In this document: positions 52,683 through 63,634 of the stretch, in pieces
Layout of the letters: each line of letters starts with the position of its first letter
How positions within the stretch are numbered: position 1 is the stretch's first letter
NCBI GenBank assembly: GCA_963767545.1
Contig: CAVYEV010000018.1
Span: forward strand, 84,142-148,141
Length of the DNA: 64,000 nucleotides
Origin: Terriglobia bacterium
Lineage (GTDB): Bacteria; Acidobacteriota; Terriglobia; Bryobacterales; Bryobacteraceae
Reading direction: 5' to 3'
The notes under the pieces: model-generated
The model's database searches: none
Told to the model about the DNA's origin: nothing
The model's input: the letters and a program-made list of their open reading frames with translations, nothing else
Program-made: the position numbers and the translations under genes

Positions 52683-54353
52683 ATGAGGTCCGCCGCCGGC
52701 ATCGCCGTATTCCTGATGTGGACCGTGATTGCTTCACCGCAAACGGAGTTCGGGCGCAACTACGGCCGCTCCATGGTTATCACGCAGCAGGGAATCGCTG
52801 CGACCAGTCAGCCTCTCGCCTCCCAGGCCGCCGCATCGATCCTCGCCCGCGGCGGATCGGCAATCGACGCTGCTATCGCGGCAAATGCAGTCCTCGGACT
52901 TGTGGAGCCAATGATGTGCGGCATCGGCGGCGACCTTTTTGTTCTTTACTGGGATGCGAAGACAGGCGAACTGACCGGCCTCAATGCATCGGGACCCGCG
53001 CCTCGGGGCCTGTCTCCCGAGTTCCTCGCGGCCCACAGTGTAAAGGCCATGCCAACTGCCGGCATTTACACCGTCACCGTGCCGGGTGCTGTTCGCGGCT
53101 GGGCACAGATGCAGCGGAGATACGGCAAACTGCAGTGGCAGGATCTTTTCCAGTCCGCGATAGCCTACGCGGAACAGGGATTCCCCGTCACAGAAGCGAT
53201 CGAGGAACAGTGGGCCGCACAGAACCGGAAGTTGCGCACCAACCCGGAGTCTACGCGCGTTTTTCTGCCGGGAGGTAAACCACCTCGACAAGGCGACCTG
53301 TTCCGCAATCCAGGATTAGCCCACGCCTATCGCCTGCTCGCGGAACGAGGACCAGATGCTTTCTACAAAGGTGAGATCGCCGAAGCCATCCTGAAGACCT
53401 CGCAACATCTGGGCGGAGTCCTCACTGCGCAAGATCTGACCGCGTTCTCGCCGGAATGGGTGAAGCCAATTTCTTCTGACTATCGCGGATGGCGCATCTA
53501 CGAACTTCCGCCCAATACGCAAGGCATGGCCGCACTCGAGATGCTGAACATTATGGAGACTTTTCCGCCCGCGCCAGCACCTTTCAGTCCAATGGAAGTA
53601 CACACCCGTATCGAGGCCATGAAACTGGCCTACTCGGATCTGCGCCGCTACGATGCCGACCCGCTCTTTACCTCAGTGCCCGTGTCCGGAATTTTGTCCA
53701 AAGAATATGCGCGGAAACGTGCCTCTTTGATAAATCCGAAGAAGGCCAATTGCGAAGTGGCAGCGGGACAACCGGTTGCGAGCGATACCACCTACTTGAC
53801 CGTGGTCGATCGCGAAGGCAATATTGCCAGTTGGATCGAAAGCGTATCCGCTATATTCGGCTCCGGTATCACGGTCGACGGGATGGGCTTCATACTGCAC
53901 AATCGCGGCTCCGGCTTCACGCTCCAGGCAGGTCATCCCAACGTACTCGCGCCGGGCAAACGCCCGTTCCACACTATTATTCCCGCGTTCATGGAGAAGG
54001 ACGGCCTGCACATCGGCTTCGGAATCATGGGAGGTCCGAATCAGCCGTTGGCTCATGCCCAGTTCGTTTCGAACATCGTCGACTATGGAATGAATATTCA
54101 GCAGGCGCTGGAATCGCCCCGTTTCTTCAAGGCTTCCGCGAATGGGTGCGCCGTATCCATCGAATCGCGCGTGCCCGCCGCGACAGTGAAGCAACTCTCG
54201 GAATGGGGGCATAAGATAGCCGTGCGCCGGGAATACACCCAGGAGATGGGACGCGGTCAGGCCATTCTGCATAATTCAAAAACCGGTATCAATTTCGCCG
54301 CTTCCGATCCTAGAGCCGACGGCTCCGCGATCCCCGAACCGCTCCAACCCTAG
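52683..54353 (+). CDS. ggt: gamma-glutamyltransferase
   Basis: ATG 52683 and a signal peptide. GGSAIDAAIAANAVLGLVEPMMCGIGGD, the autoprocessing site TTYLTVVD, and GFGIMGGPNQ. Confidence 0.9.
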   Translation: MRSAAGIAVFLMWTVIASPQTEFGRNYGRSMVITQQGIAATSQPLASQAAASILARGGSAIDAAIAANAVLGLVEPMMCGIGGDLFVLYWDAKTGELTGLNASGPAPRGLSPEFLAAHSVKAMPTAGIYTVTVPGAVRGWAQMQRRYGKLQWQDLFQSAIAYAEQGFPVTEAIEEQWAAQNRKLRTNPESTRVFLPGGKPPRQGDLFRNPGLAHAYRLLAERGPDAFYKGEIAEAILKTSQHLGGVLTAQDLTAFSPEWVKPISSDYRGWRIYELPPNTQGMAALEMLNIMETFPPAPAPFSPMEVHTRIEAMKLAYSDLRRYDADPLFTSVPVSGILSKEYARKRASLINPKKANCEVAAGQPVASDTTYLTVVDREGNIASWIESVSAIFGSGITVDGMGFILHNRGSGFTLQAGHPNVLAPGKRPFHTIIPAFMEKDGLHIGFGIMGGPNQPLAHAQFVSNIVDYGMNIQQALESPRFFKASANGCAVSIESRVPAATVKQLSEWGHKIAVRREYTQEMGRGQAILHNSKTGINFAASDPRADGSAIPEPLQP

Positions 54354-54354
54354 C

Positions 54355-57300
54355 TCAACCGCCGAGGACTTCGAAAGTCTCGGCGCCGCAGATCTGCTCG
54401 ATAGCGGCCCGGAACTCGCGGTCGGGGCGCACCTTCAGCCGGCACATCCAGAATCACCGAGAAGTCGCGCGGCGATTCCAGCCGCAGCCGCACTTGCGTA
54501 TCGCCCGGCTTCTTTTGGAAGAGCTGCTGCAACGCCTGCGCTCGTTCCTCCGTTGCCGAGCCGCACTCGAATGGAAATCAGCGACGGCAGCGGGACATGG
54601 GCTTTCTCAAGCGGCACCATCTCCTGGATGGAAATCTTCGTCGCCGCGCCTTCTTCCGGCAGTGCCACGGCGCGGACAAAGACCGCCTGATCCTCGATCA
54701 GCAGCGGCGCGAGGCGCTCATAATTGCGTGGCGAACAGCAGCGACTTCCGTGGTGCCGTCATGATCTTCCAACTGAAACATAGCCCACGGCTCGCCCTTC
54801 TTGTTGCGCTTGCGAACGATGCCGGTCATGACGCCGCACATCGCCACGTCCGCTCCTTTGGCCAGCCCTTCAAGCGAGGTGCTGTCGTGCGTCGACAGCT
54901 CCTTGGCCTTATCGAGATATTGATCCAGCGGATGCCCGGTGACGTAATAGCCGAGCAGCTCTTTCTCGCCTTGCAGCTTGTCGCGTAGACTCCACTCGGG
55001 AGCCTTGGGCAGTTCAGGTTCGGGCTGGTCGTAGCGTAAACGCCTCGCCAAACAGTCCGCCCTGACCCTGCTCACGGTCGCGCCAGACTCGTCTGTCCCG
55101 CTTCCATCGCCGCCTTCCACCGCCAGCATCTTCTGCGCGCGCGTGCCTGGAATCGAATCCATCGCGCCCGCCTTGATCAGGCTTTCGACAATGCGCTTGT
55201 TAACCGGCGCCGGGTCGATCTTTTCGCAGAACTGATAAAGCGAGCGTGAACTTGCCGGCTTCTTTCCGCGCTTTGATAATGGCTTCGCCGGCGTTCGGTC
55301 CCAGATTCTTGATCGCGCCCAAGCCGAAGCGGATGGCTTCTCCATCCGGCGTGAAATTCCAGTCGCTGTGGTGCACGTCGGGCGGCAGAACCTTGATGCC
55401 CATGTCGCGGCATTCGTTGATGTACTTCACCACTTTCGCCGACATTGCCGGTTTCCGACGTCAGCAGCGCCGCCATGAAATCGACCGGATAAGTGCGCTT
55501 TGAAGTAAGCCGTGACAAAGGCCAGATACGCGTAGGCCGCGGAGTGCGACTTGTTGAAGCCGTAGCCGGCGAACTGCTCCATCAGGTCGAATATCTTCTC
55601 GACCTTCTTCTGCGGGAAGCCGCGTTCGCAGCGCGCCTTCGACGAAGCGGTCGCGCTGCTTCGCCATCTCCTCGGCCTTCTTCTTGCCCATCGCGCGGCG
55701 AAGCAGGTCGGCTTCGCCGAGCGAGTAGCCCGCGACGCGGCTCGAGATCTGCATCACCTGCTCCTGATACAGGATCACGCCATAGGTCTCTTCGAGCAGC
55801 GGTTTCAATTCCGGCAGATCGTATTGAATAGTCTTGCGTCCGTGCTTACGCTCGATGAAGTCGTCGAGCATGCCGCCTTGAATCGGGCCCGGCCGGTAAA
55901 GCGCGTTGAGCGCGGTCAAGATCCTCGATGCGGCTTGGCTGATACCGGCGCAGAATGTCGCGCATGCCCGGCGATTCGAACTGGAATACGCCGCTGGTGA
56001 AACCCTTGCAGAAGACCTCGTAGCTCTTGGGATCGTCGAGCGGCAGATCTTCAAGCACCAGCTTTACGCCGTGACGCTTCTCGATCAGGTTGACGCGCGT
56101 CATGGATAAGCGTGAGCGTCGTCAGACCCAGGAAATCCATCTTCAGCAGCGCCAGCTTATCGAGCCCGTTCATGTCGTACTGGGTGACGATTTCGTCCTT
56201 GCTGGTCTTGTATAGCGGCACAAGATTTTTCAGCGGTTCGGGCGAAATCACCACGCCGGCCGCGTGGATGGAGCAGTTGCGCGCCAGGCCCTCAAGACGT
56301 TGCGCGATTTTCAGGATGTCGTCAACCCGCGGATCGGCCTTCGCCATCTCGTTGAAGCCGGGCTCCGCCGCGATCGAATCCGCAAGGCCGATATTGAGCA
56401 CGTTGGGGACGAGTTTCGTTAGCTTATCGACATCCGCAAAGCTGACATCAAGCACACGGCCAACGTCCTTGATAGCTGCGCGGGTGCCGAGCGTGTTGAA
56501 CGTGATGATCTGCGCCACCTGCTCGCGCCCGTACTTCTCGGTGACGTACTGGATCACCTCGCCGCGCCGGTTCATGCAGAAATCGATATCGATATCAGGC
56601 ATGCTGACGCGTTCGGGATTGAGGAAGCGCTCGAACAGCAGGCCGTATTGCAGCGGGTCGATGTCAGTGATCTGCATGGCGTAGCTCACCAGGCTGCCTG
56701 CTGCCGACCCGCGTCCCGGACCCACGGGAATGCCAATCGATTTGGCGTAGCGGATGAAGTCCCAGACGATCAGGAAATAGCCCGAGAACTTCATCTGCTG
56801 GATCATCTTGATTTCGAAATCCAGCCGCTCGACGATATTCGGCGAGATCGTGCTTCAGCCCGCCCTTTTCACGCAAGGCTTCGAGGCGCGGTCGGCGCTT
56901 CTCGAAACCTTCCCGCGCGACGTACTCGAAATAGGAGTGAACGTCGTGAGGCTCGCGGGACGGCGAACTTCGGGAACGGCTCTTTGACTTTGTCGAGACT
57001 GACATGGCAGCGCTGCGCGATATCCCACGTCCGGTCGAGAGAGTCTTCGAGTTCCCCGAAGAGCTCCATCATTTCGGCGCGCGATTTCACGATAGAAATC
57101 GGGATGATCCCAGTGCATCCGGTTGGGATCGGTCATGGTCTTGCCGGTCTGGATGCACATCAGGATTTCATGTGCCCGCGCGTCTTCCCGGCGCAGATAG
57201 TGCGAATCGTTGGTTGCCACCAGCGGAATGCCGGTTTCGTGCGATAGCCGGTTAACCTGCGGGACAAGGCGCTTGTCCTGCTCCAGACCGTGGTCCTGAA

Positions 57301-57823
57301 TTTCGAGAAAGAAGTTGTTTTTGCCGAAGATGTCCTGGTACGTGTAAGCGAGGCGGCGCGCATCGTCGTACTTATCCGCGAGCACGGCTTCATTGAGATC
57401 GCCGCGCAGGCAGGCGGACATCGCGATCAGGCCCTTGGAGTGCGTGTCAGCAGATCTTTATCGATGCGCGGCTTGTAGTAAAAGCCTTCGAGAAAGCTGG
57501 TCGAGACAAGCTTGATCAGATTGCGATAACCGTCCTGCGATCTCGCACAGCAGTACCAGGTGGTTGTAGCGATCGGTATCGGAACGGGTCTTATGACCCT
57601 GCTGCGAAACATAGACTTCGCATCCGATGACGGGATGAATGCCGCTCGATTTGGCGGTGTTGTAGAACTGTACCGCGCCGAAAAGATTCCCGTGGTCGGT
57701 CATCGCAACCGCGGGCATGTTCTGCGCGGCAACGGTATCCATCAACTGGCCGATCTCACAAGCTCCATCGAGGAGGGAATAATCGGTATGGCAGTGCAGG
57801 TGGACAAAGGGCTTATCGGACAT
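54355..57823 (-). pseudogene. dnaE: DNA polymerase III alpha subunit, colinear but broken by at least 10 frame changes as sequenced
   Basis: PHP N-terminus MSDKPFVHLHCHTDYSLLDGA (57823), then GFYYKPRIDK, FFLEIQDHG, FSGYFLIVWDFI, MPDIDIDF, HAAGVVIS, KMDFLGLTTL, LYRPGP and LYQEQVM. The OB-fold tail ends EVLGG-stop at 54355. The pieces spread over at least 12 ORFs in all three minus frames. Confidence 0.85.
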
Positions 57824-57863
57824 CTGGAAGTTACAGCGCTCTCTTCTGGGGGAGGGAACAGTC

Positions 57864-58400
57864 CTATTTTAGCGCGTGAGCGCGCATCCTTACCCATGCG
57901 GAATTGTCTTCGAAACGATTACGTCGCCGCAGGCATTGCGGATAAGATGTCATCGCCAACATGAACTTCTCCAATGTAGTATTTGTTGAAGCGCTTCCTT
58001 CGGATCGATTCCCTTCGCTAAAGAGTTCATCCAGAATGGTTGTGCGACCGATCTGGATATTCCTCACCCTCACACGAATTCCATTGATCCGTTCATCCGT
58101 GAGCATCGCCGCTTTATCGGGCAGGCCCATCCGGAACGGCGATTCGAGAGATGCCTGTCGTCCAAAGACCAGTACCGGCGTCCGGTTCAGTAATCGGTCG
58201 GGCCGTCGCAAAGGATGAATCGCATGTCGCTGTCGCCACGGCAGCAAACCGGTTTATTGTCCTAAAAGTCGCGGAGCTAGGGCGCGATGTGCAGATCGGG
58301 AGCGGTTCTCACTCCTCTTCTCGCGCGGTCAGCCTTGCATTGACCACGAAAGCGGCCGGGAAAGATAGCGACTAGCCCTATTGTCCGCTGACCCCCGAGG
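57864..58400 (-). pseudogene. relic of a MORC/HATPase_c_3-type (GHKL) ATP-binding protein, truncated at both ends and frameshifted
   Basis: INGIRVRVRNIQIGRTTILDELFSEGN / RKRFNKYYIGEVHVGDDIL / RRNRFEDNSAW lie in three frames. They follow the GIRxRxxNIxIGD..LF.E.RFN.Y.IGE.H...IPNARRDxFExN pattern that I recall from HATPase_c_3 defence-island proteins. There is no room for the ATPase N-domain. Confidence 0.35.
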
Positions 58401-58474
58401 TCTAGGACGCAGCTACAGAGACAAATTATTCCTCAGAACATCAAATGCCGGCCGGTCCAGTATGTCTAGTGCGG

Positions 58475-59487
58475 TTATGAATGTTTTTTCTCAAGGGCAG
58501 CGATTCGAAGTGCAATCTTCCGAAGTTCATAGAGAAGCTTGTCACGACTCTGCTAGGGCACGATGCCAGCAGCGTGTCGATTTCTGGCTCGGTTATCCAT
58601 TTCCGGAAGGCTGTTGCTCGCTTGTAGGGAACGCTGTCCGCACCCGAATCCACAGCCCTCTCATGGGCATCCGCCAGCGTAACTTTGCCCTCGGCAAACC
58701 TTTTTAGCACTACCGGCGATGCGCACACTACTGGAAGTTGGTCGCGCAAGTCCATGGCGCGCTCGATGTCGCCGTTCTTTATGCTTTCGACGACCAGGCT
58801 ATCCATCCCGGGATGTTGATTCCGGGCCTTCTTTATCTTGTTCGACTTGATATTCGTCGTAGTAACTCCACCGGTTGATGTCAACCTCGTCATGATCGAC
58901 CATGAACTGGTAGGTGTCAATGAGATGGCCGACTTTCTTCGAGCTCAGGCCAAGTTCGGATGCGAGAACGCTCGCGGACACATTATGCGTTTTGAGCGAC
59001 GGTAGAGAAAGCCAGCCTGTTCGTACGGTGCCCAATCCTTCTTTCCTTTGATGTGGAACTGTCCGAGAAGTGCAAAAATGAGCGATTCTTTCACGTCTGC
59101 CGGCAGTACAGTGCATTTGACTTCTGCCCATTTGATGGGTTCCTTAGCGGCGAGCTGCCTGTAGGCCGCCAGACGGCTGTTACCTTCCAGTACATCGAGC
59201 GTACCATCCCGAACCATCAAGGGTTCAAGCAGTCCGCCATTACGCCGGATGTCGTCACGAAGCTCTCGGACATGGTCTAGCTCGCTCAGTTGTTCTTGAA
59301 TCTCTTCCTGCGTCGGCACTTTGCCATTAGCACGCACGACAGAATAGACCCGGGGATTGTCCGCATAGAACTTGAGAGTGCTTTGCTTCAGCAACTGCGT
59401 TGTCGTGGGCACTTTCGCGCCAAGAATCACGATGGACTCACCGGTCGACGCGGGGATGCTTCCTTTGTTGGTATCAGGCATTGTCAT
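58475..59487 (-). pseudogene. ParB/Srx-like N-terminal domain protein, paralog of 61378..62391 (2-3 frameshifts)
   Basis: ATG 59487 overlaps the SNF2 stop. YADNPRVYS, NGGLLEPLMVRDGTLDVLEGNSRLAAYRQL (ParB-box-like) and WAPYEQAGFLY. It continues in ORFs 58799..59131 and 58441..58920. The likely true end, LLYELRKIALRIAALEKKHS-stop at 58475, is in a third frame. Confidence 0.55.
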
Positions 59488-60957
59488 GGTTTCCGTCGAG
59501 GCCGAGCACATCGCGTATCATTGCGCCGTATGCGTAGTTGGCCTGCTTAGAGTATTCGTCCAAGGTTATGTCGCCTTGGCCGAGCTGCGCCGCGAGGTGT
59601 TTTGCGGCCAGCAGAACATCGACCCATTCGTCGATGGTGTTGCTCGCGATGAGGTTCGTAACGTAGCAGGAGCGCGTCTGTGAAATCCGATGAATGCGGT
59701 CCTGCGCCTGCAGGTAGTCGTCAAGGCTGAAGGACCTGTCATAAAAAACAGCGTGGTTGGCGACGGTCAGCGTCAGCCCTTCTTTCGCTGCAGCCGGTGT
59801 AGCAATAAGAATCTTGCAGCTAGGATCGGTTTTGAAGCTCTTAATTGAGGGTCACGCTCAAAGATGCTGCGTTTACCGTGGACCCTGACAGCGCCGAAGT
59901 CCGCCAGCTCCCGCGCCAGCCAATCGACGTTGTCGGTGAAAGAAGTCCAGACGATCATCTTCTCCCCAACATCGACAGCGGCATGGACAAGGTTCAGAAG
60001 GATCTCGAACTTTCCGGGAATGGCGCGGTACGAATCGTCGACCAGAATCGGATTGGACGCGACTTGCACGAGGCGCATCAGGCGCTTAAGCATTTCCTCT
60101 GCGTCATCCAGCACCGCTTTGCCGTCCTTCACGACTATTGCGGACATTTCCTTTTGGAAATGCTTGTAAATTTCGCTCTGCCAGGATTCGAGCTCTACCT
60201 CGACATTGCGCAGCTCCTTTTCCGGCAGGGTTATTTCGACGGTACCCTTCGTTTCGCGAACGGTGAAGGGGGCGATTCGCGCGAAGACGCCGGCGAGCGC
60301 GCGTTGGAAGCGGTCCACGCGGTACGGGTCCGAAACGAGGTCGTTCGTGAGATCGAGATCGCGTTTGAAATCGTTGAAATCGGGTCCGAGCGCCACGCCG
60401 CCATCGAGAAACCGAATCTGAGCCCAAATGTCATAGGGGCGGTTCGCCACGGGAGTCCCCGTCATGATGAGCCGCCGGGTAAAGCCGGTGCCAAGCGAGA
60501 ACAGGACCTTCGCTATCGAGGAGTCCGGGTTTTTGATCTTGTGAGCTTCATCAAGCAGGACCCCAACCCTGCGTGTGCGCAGGAAAAGCGCGAGGCGTTT
60601 TTGCTCCGACTTTAGAACTTCGTAATGGGCGAGATAGATCCGGGCAGGGCTGTTGAACGCGAAAAAATTGGCTCGCTTGTCCTGACTCAGCAGCCGTGGC
60701 TCTAGATGCGTGTGGATTTTGAGTTCGTCCTTCCAGTTCCGCAGCAGCCCTTTTTTGGTCACGATGATGACGGAATCCACGATGTCGTGAGTCAGCCAGT
60801 AGAGGGCGAGATCGACCCCTATTTTCGTCTTGCCCAAGCCCTGTTCGTGAAACACTGCGGAGTAGGGGAGGTCCTTGACGGCTTCGAGTGCTTCCACCTG
60901 GTAGACGAATCCACCGTGCTTGGCTGTGAAGTCTGCTGGGCGATGGGTTTTCAGCAT
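59474..60957 (-). CDS. compact SNF2-family ATPase/helicase (1 frameshift near 59855)
   Basis: Motif I HEQGLGKT, II LLDEAHKIKN, III MTGTPVANRPYDIW. After the frame change come KILIATPAAAKEGLTLTVANHAVFYDRSFSLDDYLQAQDRIHRISQTR (motifs IV-VI). It ends GNHDNA-stop at 59474. Confidence 0.8.
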
Positions 60958-60963
60958 AGGGCG

Positions 60964-61374
60964 TCAGAGACCGAGGTCGTCGAGGGTCACGGTCCTGACG
61001 GATGCGGCCCCCGCCGCCTTCTGCAATGTCGAAACAATCGCCTGCGCGCGGCGCTTCACCTGCCACGGCACCGCCATGATAAAAACGCCTGCGTCCTGGT
61101 AGCGCAGATGCGAGAGAAAGGCCGCGATTTGCTTCTTGGAGCGCTCGGTTTCCAGGTCTTCCTTGGTCTTGGCTTCCCCGATGATCGTGGTCGTCCGAGG
61201 GGCGTCGAAGGCGTACACGTCCGGTACGAAGCCCTCAATGCGATTGGGTTTCTCTGCGCCGATGGCGCTGGAAAGATCGTCGACGATTCCAAGCGCCGTC
61301 ACTTGGGCGTGTTCGCGCTTGATGTAGCCGATGATGATTTGAACCAGAGCCGCGTGTTGACTGGATTCGGCCAA
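60964..61374 (-). CDS. small PD-(D/E)XK-like nuclease-fold protein (136 aa, TTG start)
   Basis: GFVPDVYAFDAPRTTTIIGEAKTKEDL gives a D...E-x-K spacing typical of restriction-endonuclease-like folds. It starts 3 nt after the upstream stop and ends 6 nt before the SNF2 ATG. Confidence 0.45.
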   Translation of the reverse strand: MAESSQHAALVQIIIGYIKREHAQVTALGIVDDLSSAIGAEKPNRIEGFVPDVYAFDAPRTTTIIGEAKTKEDLETERSKKQIAAFLSHLRYQDAGVFIMAVPWQVKRRAQAIVSTLQKAAGAASVRTVTLDDLGL

Positions 61375-61377
61375 TAC

Positions 61378-62391
61378 TCACGCTCCCGAGCCCGTGGCAT
61401 TTAGAAGGCCCGTCAAAGCCGTTAGGGTTTCGCCCAGAGTCTGGCCGAGTTCCGAACCGGGATCTTTACGGAGCCGCTCTGCCTCTGTCCAAGGCAAGGC
61501 ATAGATCGCCCGGCTGAGCGCCTGCGATAGCTGTTCGATATTCGCGTCACCAAGCGCCTTGTTGAGATCGGGCCTGTCGAGCGCTTCCATGGCTTTCTTC
61601 GCGTTCTGTTTCAGGAAGATTTCGCGCGCCTTCGGATGCGCAAGAATTCGGGTGAGCCAGCGGACAGTATAAAGGGGATAGAGCTTCTCCTCGTGAATCC
61701 ACTTCGCGAAATCGCCAAGGTCAAAGCCCGCCTTGGCGATGGCTTCCTTCACACCTGGCTTCTGAAGTTCGACAAATCCACTGAACCTGCTGGTGTCAAA
61801 GCTGCCGTCATCAGGAACCACCGGCCGGTAATACGCCTCCATCTCCGAAAAGGCGTTGATGCTCTCGAGCACGTCTTTCTGGCGCCCACCGCAGAAGTCC
61901 ACAATCTTGGAGAACGGCAACTGTTCTTGATTGCGGAGGTGATGCAGGTACTTCGCTTTCGAGTACGGGTCCCATGCGCGTGTGCCGACGAGGTGAACCT
62001 GCAAACGGATCGCATCGGCCTGATTCTCGTCCATCTCGTTATGGACCAGCGCTGGGATAGCCTGCCAGCTTCCCGGAACACTTTCCTTCAGGAAGTTTTT
62101 ATAAATCGCGACGCGGGTATTGCCCTCAATGCATATTAAGGTTCCGTCCGGCCTTCGGTTCAGGATGACCGGATGAATTATTCCGCCATTTGTGAGAATG
62201 GAGTTTTTTAATTTCTCGAAGCTTGTGCTGCTTTCGCCTTCCTCGTCTCCCGCCGCCCCCAGGGCGAGATAGATCTGGTCGCTCGTGGGTTGCTCCACGT
62301 AAAACTCCAGGAACTTCCGAATCCTCGGATTGGTACGATCAAGCTCGATGTCCGTTACGGGGACGAACTCCAGAACTCCGCTTTTAACCAT
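61378..62391 (-). CDS. ParB/Srx-like N-terminal domain protein (338 aa from ATG 62391)
   Basis: VPVTDIELDRTNPRIRKF, NGGIIHPVILNRRPDGTLICIEGNTRVAIY and WDPYSKAKYLHHL. The long 5' extension of ORF 61378..62847 is rejected because it runs antisense through the DGQHR gene start. Confidence 0.6.
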   Translation of the reverse strand: MVKSGVLEFVPVTDIELDRTNPRIRKFLEFYVEQPTSDQIYLALGAAGDEEGESSTSFEKLKNSILTNGGIIHPVILNRRPDGTLICIEGNTRVAIYKNFLKESVPGSWQAIPALVHNEMDENQADAIRLQVHLVGTRAWDPYSKAKYLHHLRNQEQLPFSKIVDFCGGRQKDVLESINAFSEMEAYYRPVVPDDGSFDTSRFSGFVELQKPGVKEAIAKAGFDLGDFAKWIHEEKLYPLYTVRWLTRILAHPKAREIFLKQNAKKAMEALDRPDLNKALGDANIEQLSQALSRAIYALPWTEAERLRKDPGSELGQTLGETLTALTGLLNATGSGA

Positions 62392-62601
62392 ATGTATTGT
62401 TTCTCGCGCTGGTAGTAAATTATGGCAGATCAGATGCCTCTGCGCTCGATACGCTAAAGTGTTGATGACAGGCGGTTTTGTCTGTTTTACCGAGACTGGC
62501 AAGCGCGGCTTCCAAAAGCGCATCGGATGGCTGACAAATCTGCATTGGATAACTGCAACTTCGGTCTCCGCCGCTGCCGAAAATGCTGATATGATTGGTC
62601 C

Positions 62602-63634
62602 GTGACCTTCGACGGTATCCTTGGAATGTCGGCCGGGCGGGAAGTTTTTCTCGGTTTCGCGCCAGCTAACGTGTTGCACGCCTTTGAGCTTCGCGGACGT
62701 GCTCGATGAAGATACCGGACGCGGATACCAGCGCCGTTTCAATTCTGCGCATAGCCTCGATTTCCGGAGATATATCCAGCAGGACAACAGCTCAACGATC
62801 CCGCTGACGTTCAACGCCCGCAAGCGGACGGACGGGGCGTGGCGCATCGAACGTCTGAAGTCTCCCCACGCGCGGATGATAATCGCATCCGAAGGCCAGA
62901 AAATTGTTCACCCAGGTGGACTGCCAGCACCGCCTCGGGCACCTTAATGATTTGTACTCGAGCTGCCGTTCATGTGCTTCATCGGGCTGACGGAACGCGA
63001 GGAGATGGAGGTCTTCAACGTCATTAACAGCAAGGCGAAGGGACTGAGCACGAGCCTGCTGGATTTCCACGACGCACGCTGGCGCGCGATCTGGCTGCCG
63101 AGCGGCCGGAGCTTTTCATCGCCCTGCACCTCAACAATGAAGCCAGTCCCCGTGGTATCGACCAACTCGACCTCGGCGGCAACATAACCTCCGGGCTGAC
63201 CCGGCGCGCTTCGCTGCGCACGATGCAGAAGGCGATAAAGCGGTTCCTTACGCAGACCAAGATTCTCCATAAGCAGCGCCCTGAAGTGGTCGCGCAGATG
63301 GTGCTGGATTTCTGGGCGGCCGTCGCCCTGTTTGCTGCGCGATGCATGGGACAACCCTCGGAGAACTCTTCTTTGCAAAGGCGTCGGCGTTTACGCGCTG
63401 ATGGGCATCGCAGGTGACCTGGTTAACGAGGCGGGACCGCCGGCGATCGACAAGCGTATTTCAGCAACAAGCTCGCGGATTTCATTCTGGAAGTCGACTG
63501 GAGCAACAGATGGGCCGCTTCAGCGGCCTGGGCGGAGAGGCCGGGGTCAAGGCTGCCTCAATGCCCTCCGCGCTGGAGCGCGGAACGGAAAGCTGCAGGG
63601 TGATCTCAAATGGCTAACAAAAACATCCTCCTGA
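62602..63634 (+). pseudogene. DndB-like DGQHR-domain protein (motif reads DCQHR), at least 6 frameshifts
   Basis: Colinear pieces are FDGILGMSAGREVFLGFAPANVLHA / SFADVLDEDTGRGYQRRFNSAHSLDFRRYI / KLFTQVDCQHRLGHLNDL / LELPFMCFIGLTEREEMEVFNVINSKAKGLSTSLLDFHDA / LARDLAAERPELFIALHLNNEA / LGGNITSGLTRRASLRTMQKAIKRFL..VLDFWAAV / KGVGVYALMGIAGDLVNEAG. The start could be GTG 62602 or ATG 62591/62626. Confidence 0.55.

Noticed and set aside
62392-62847. N-terminal 152-codon extension of ORF 61378..62847.
   Set aside because: The ParB-like homology begins at the internal ATG 62391 (MVKSGVLEFVPVTDIELDRTNPR). The extension is low-complexity and runs antisense through the start of the divergent DGQHR gene.
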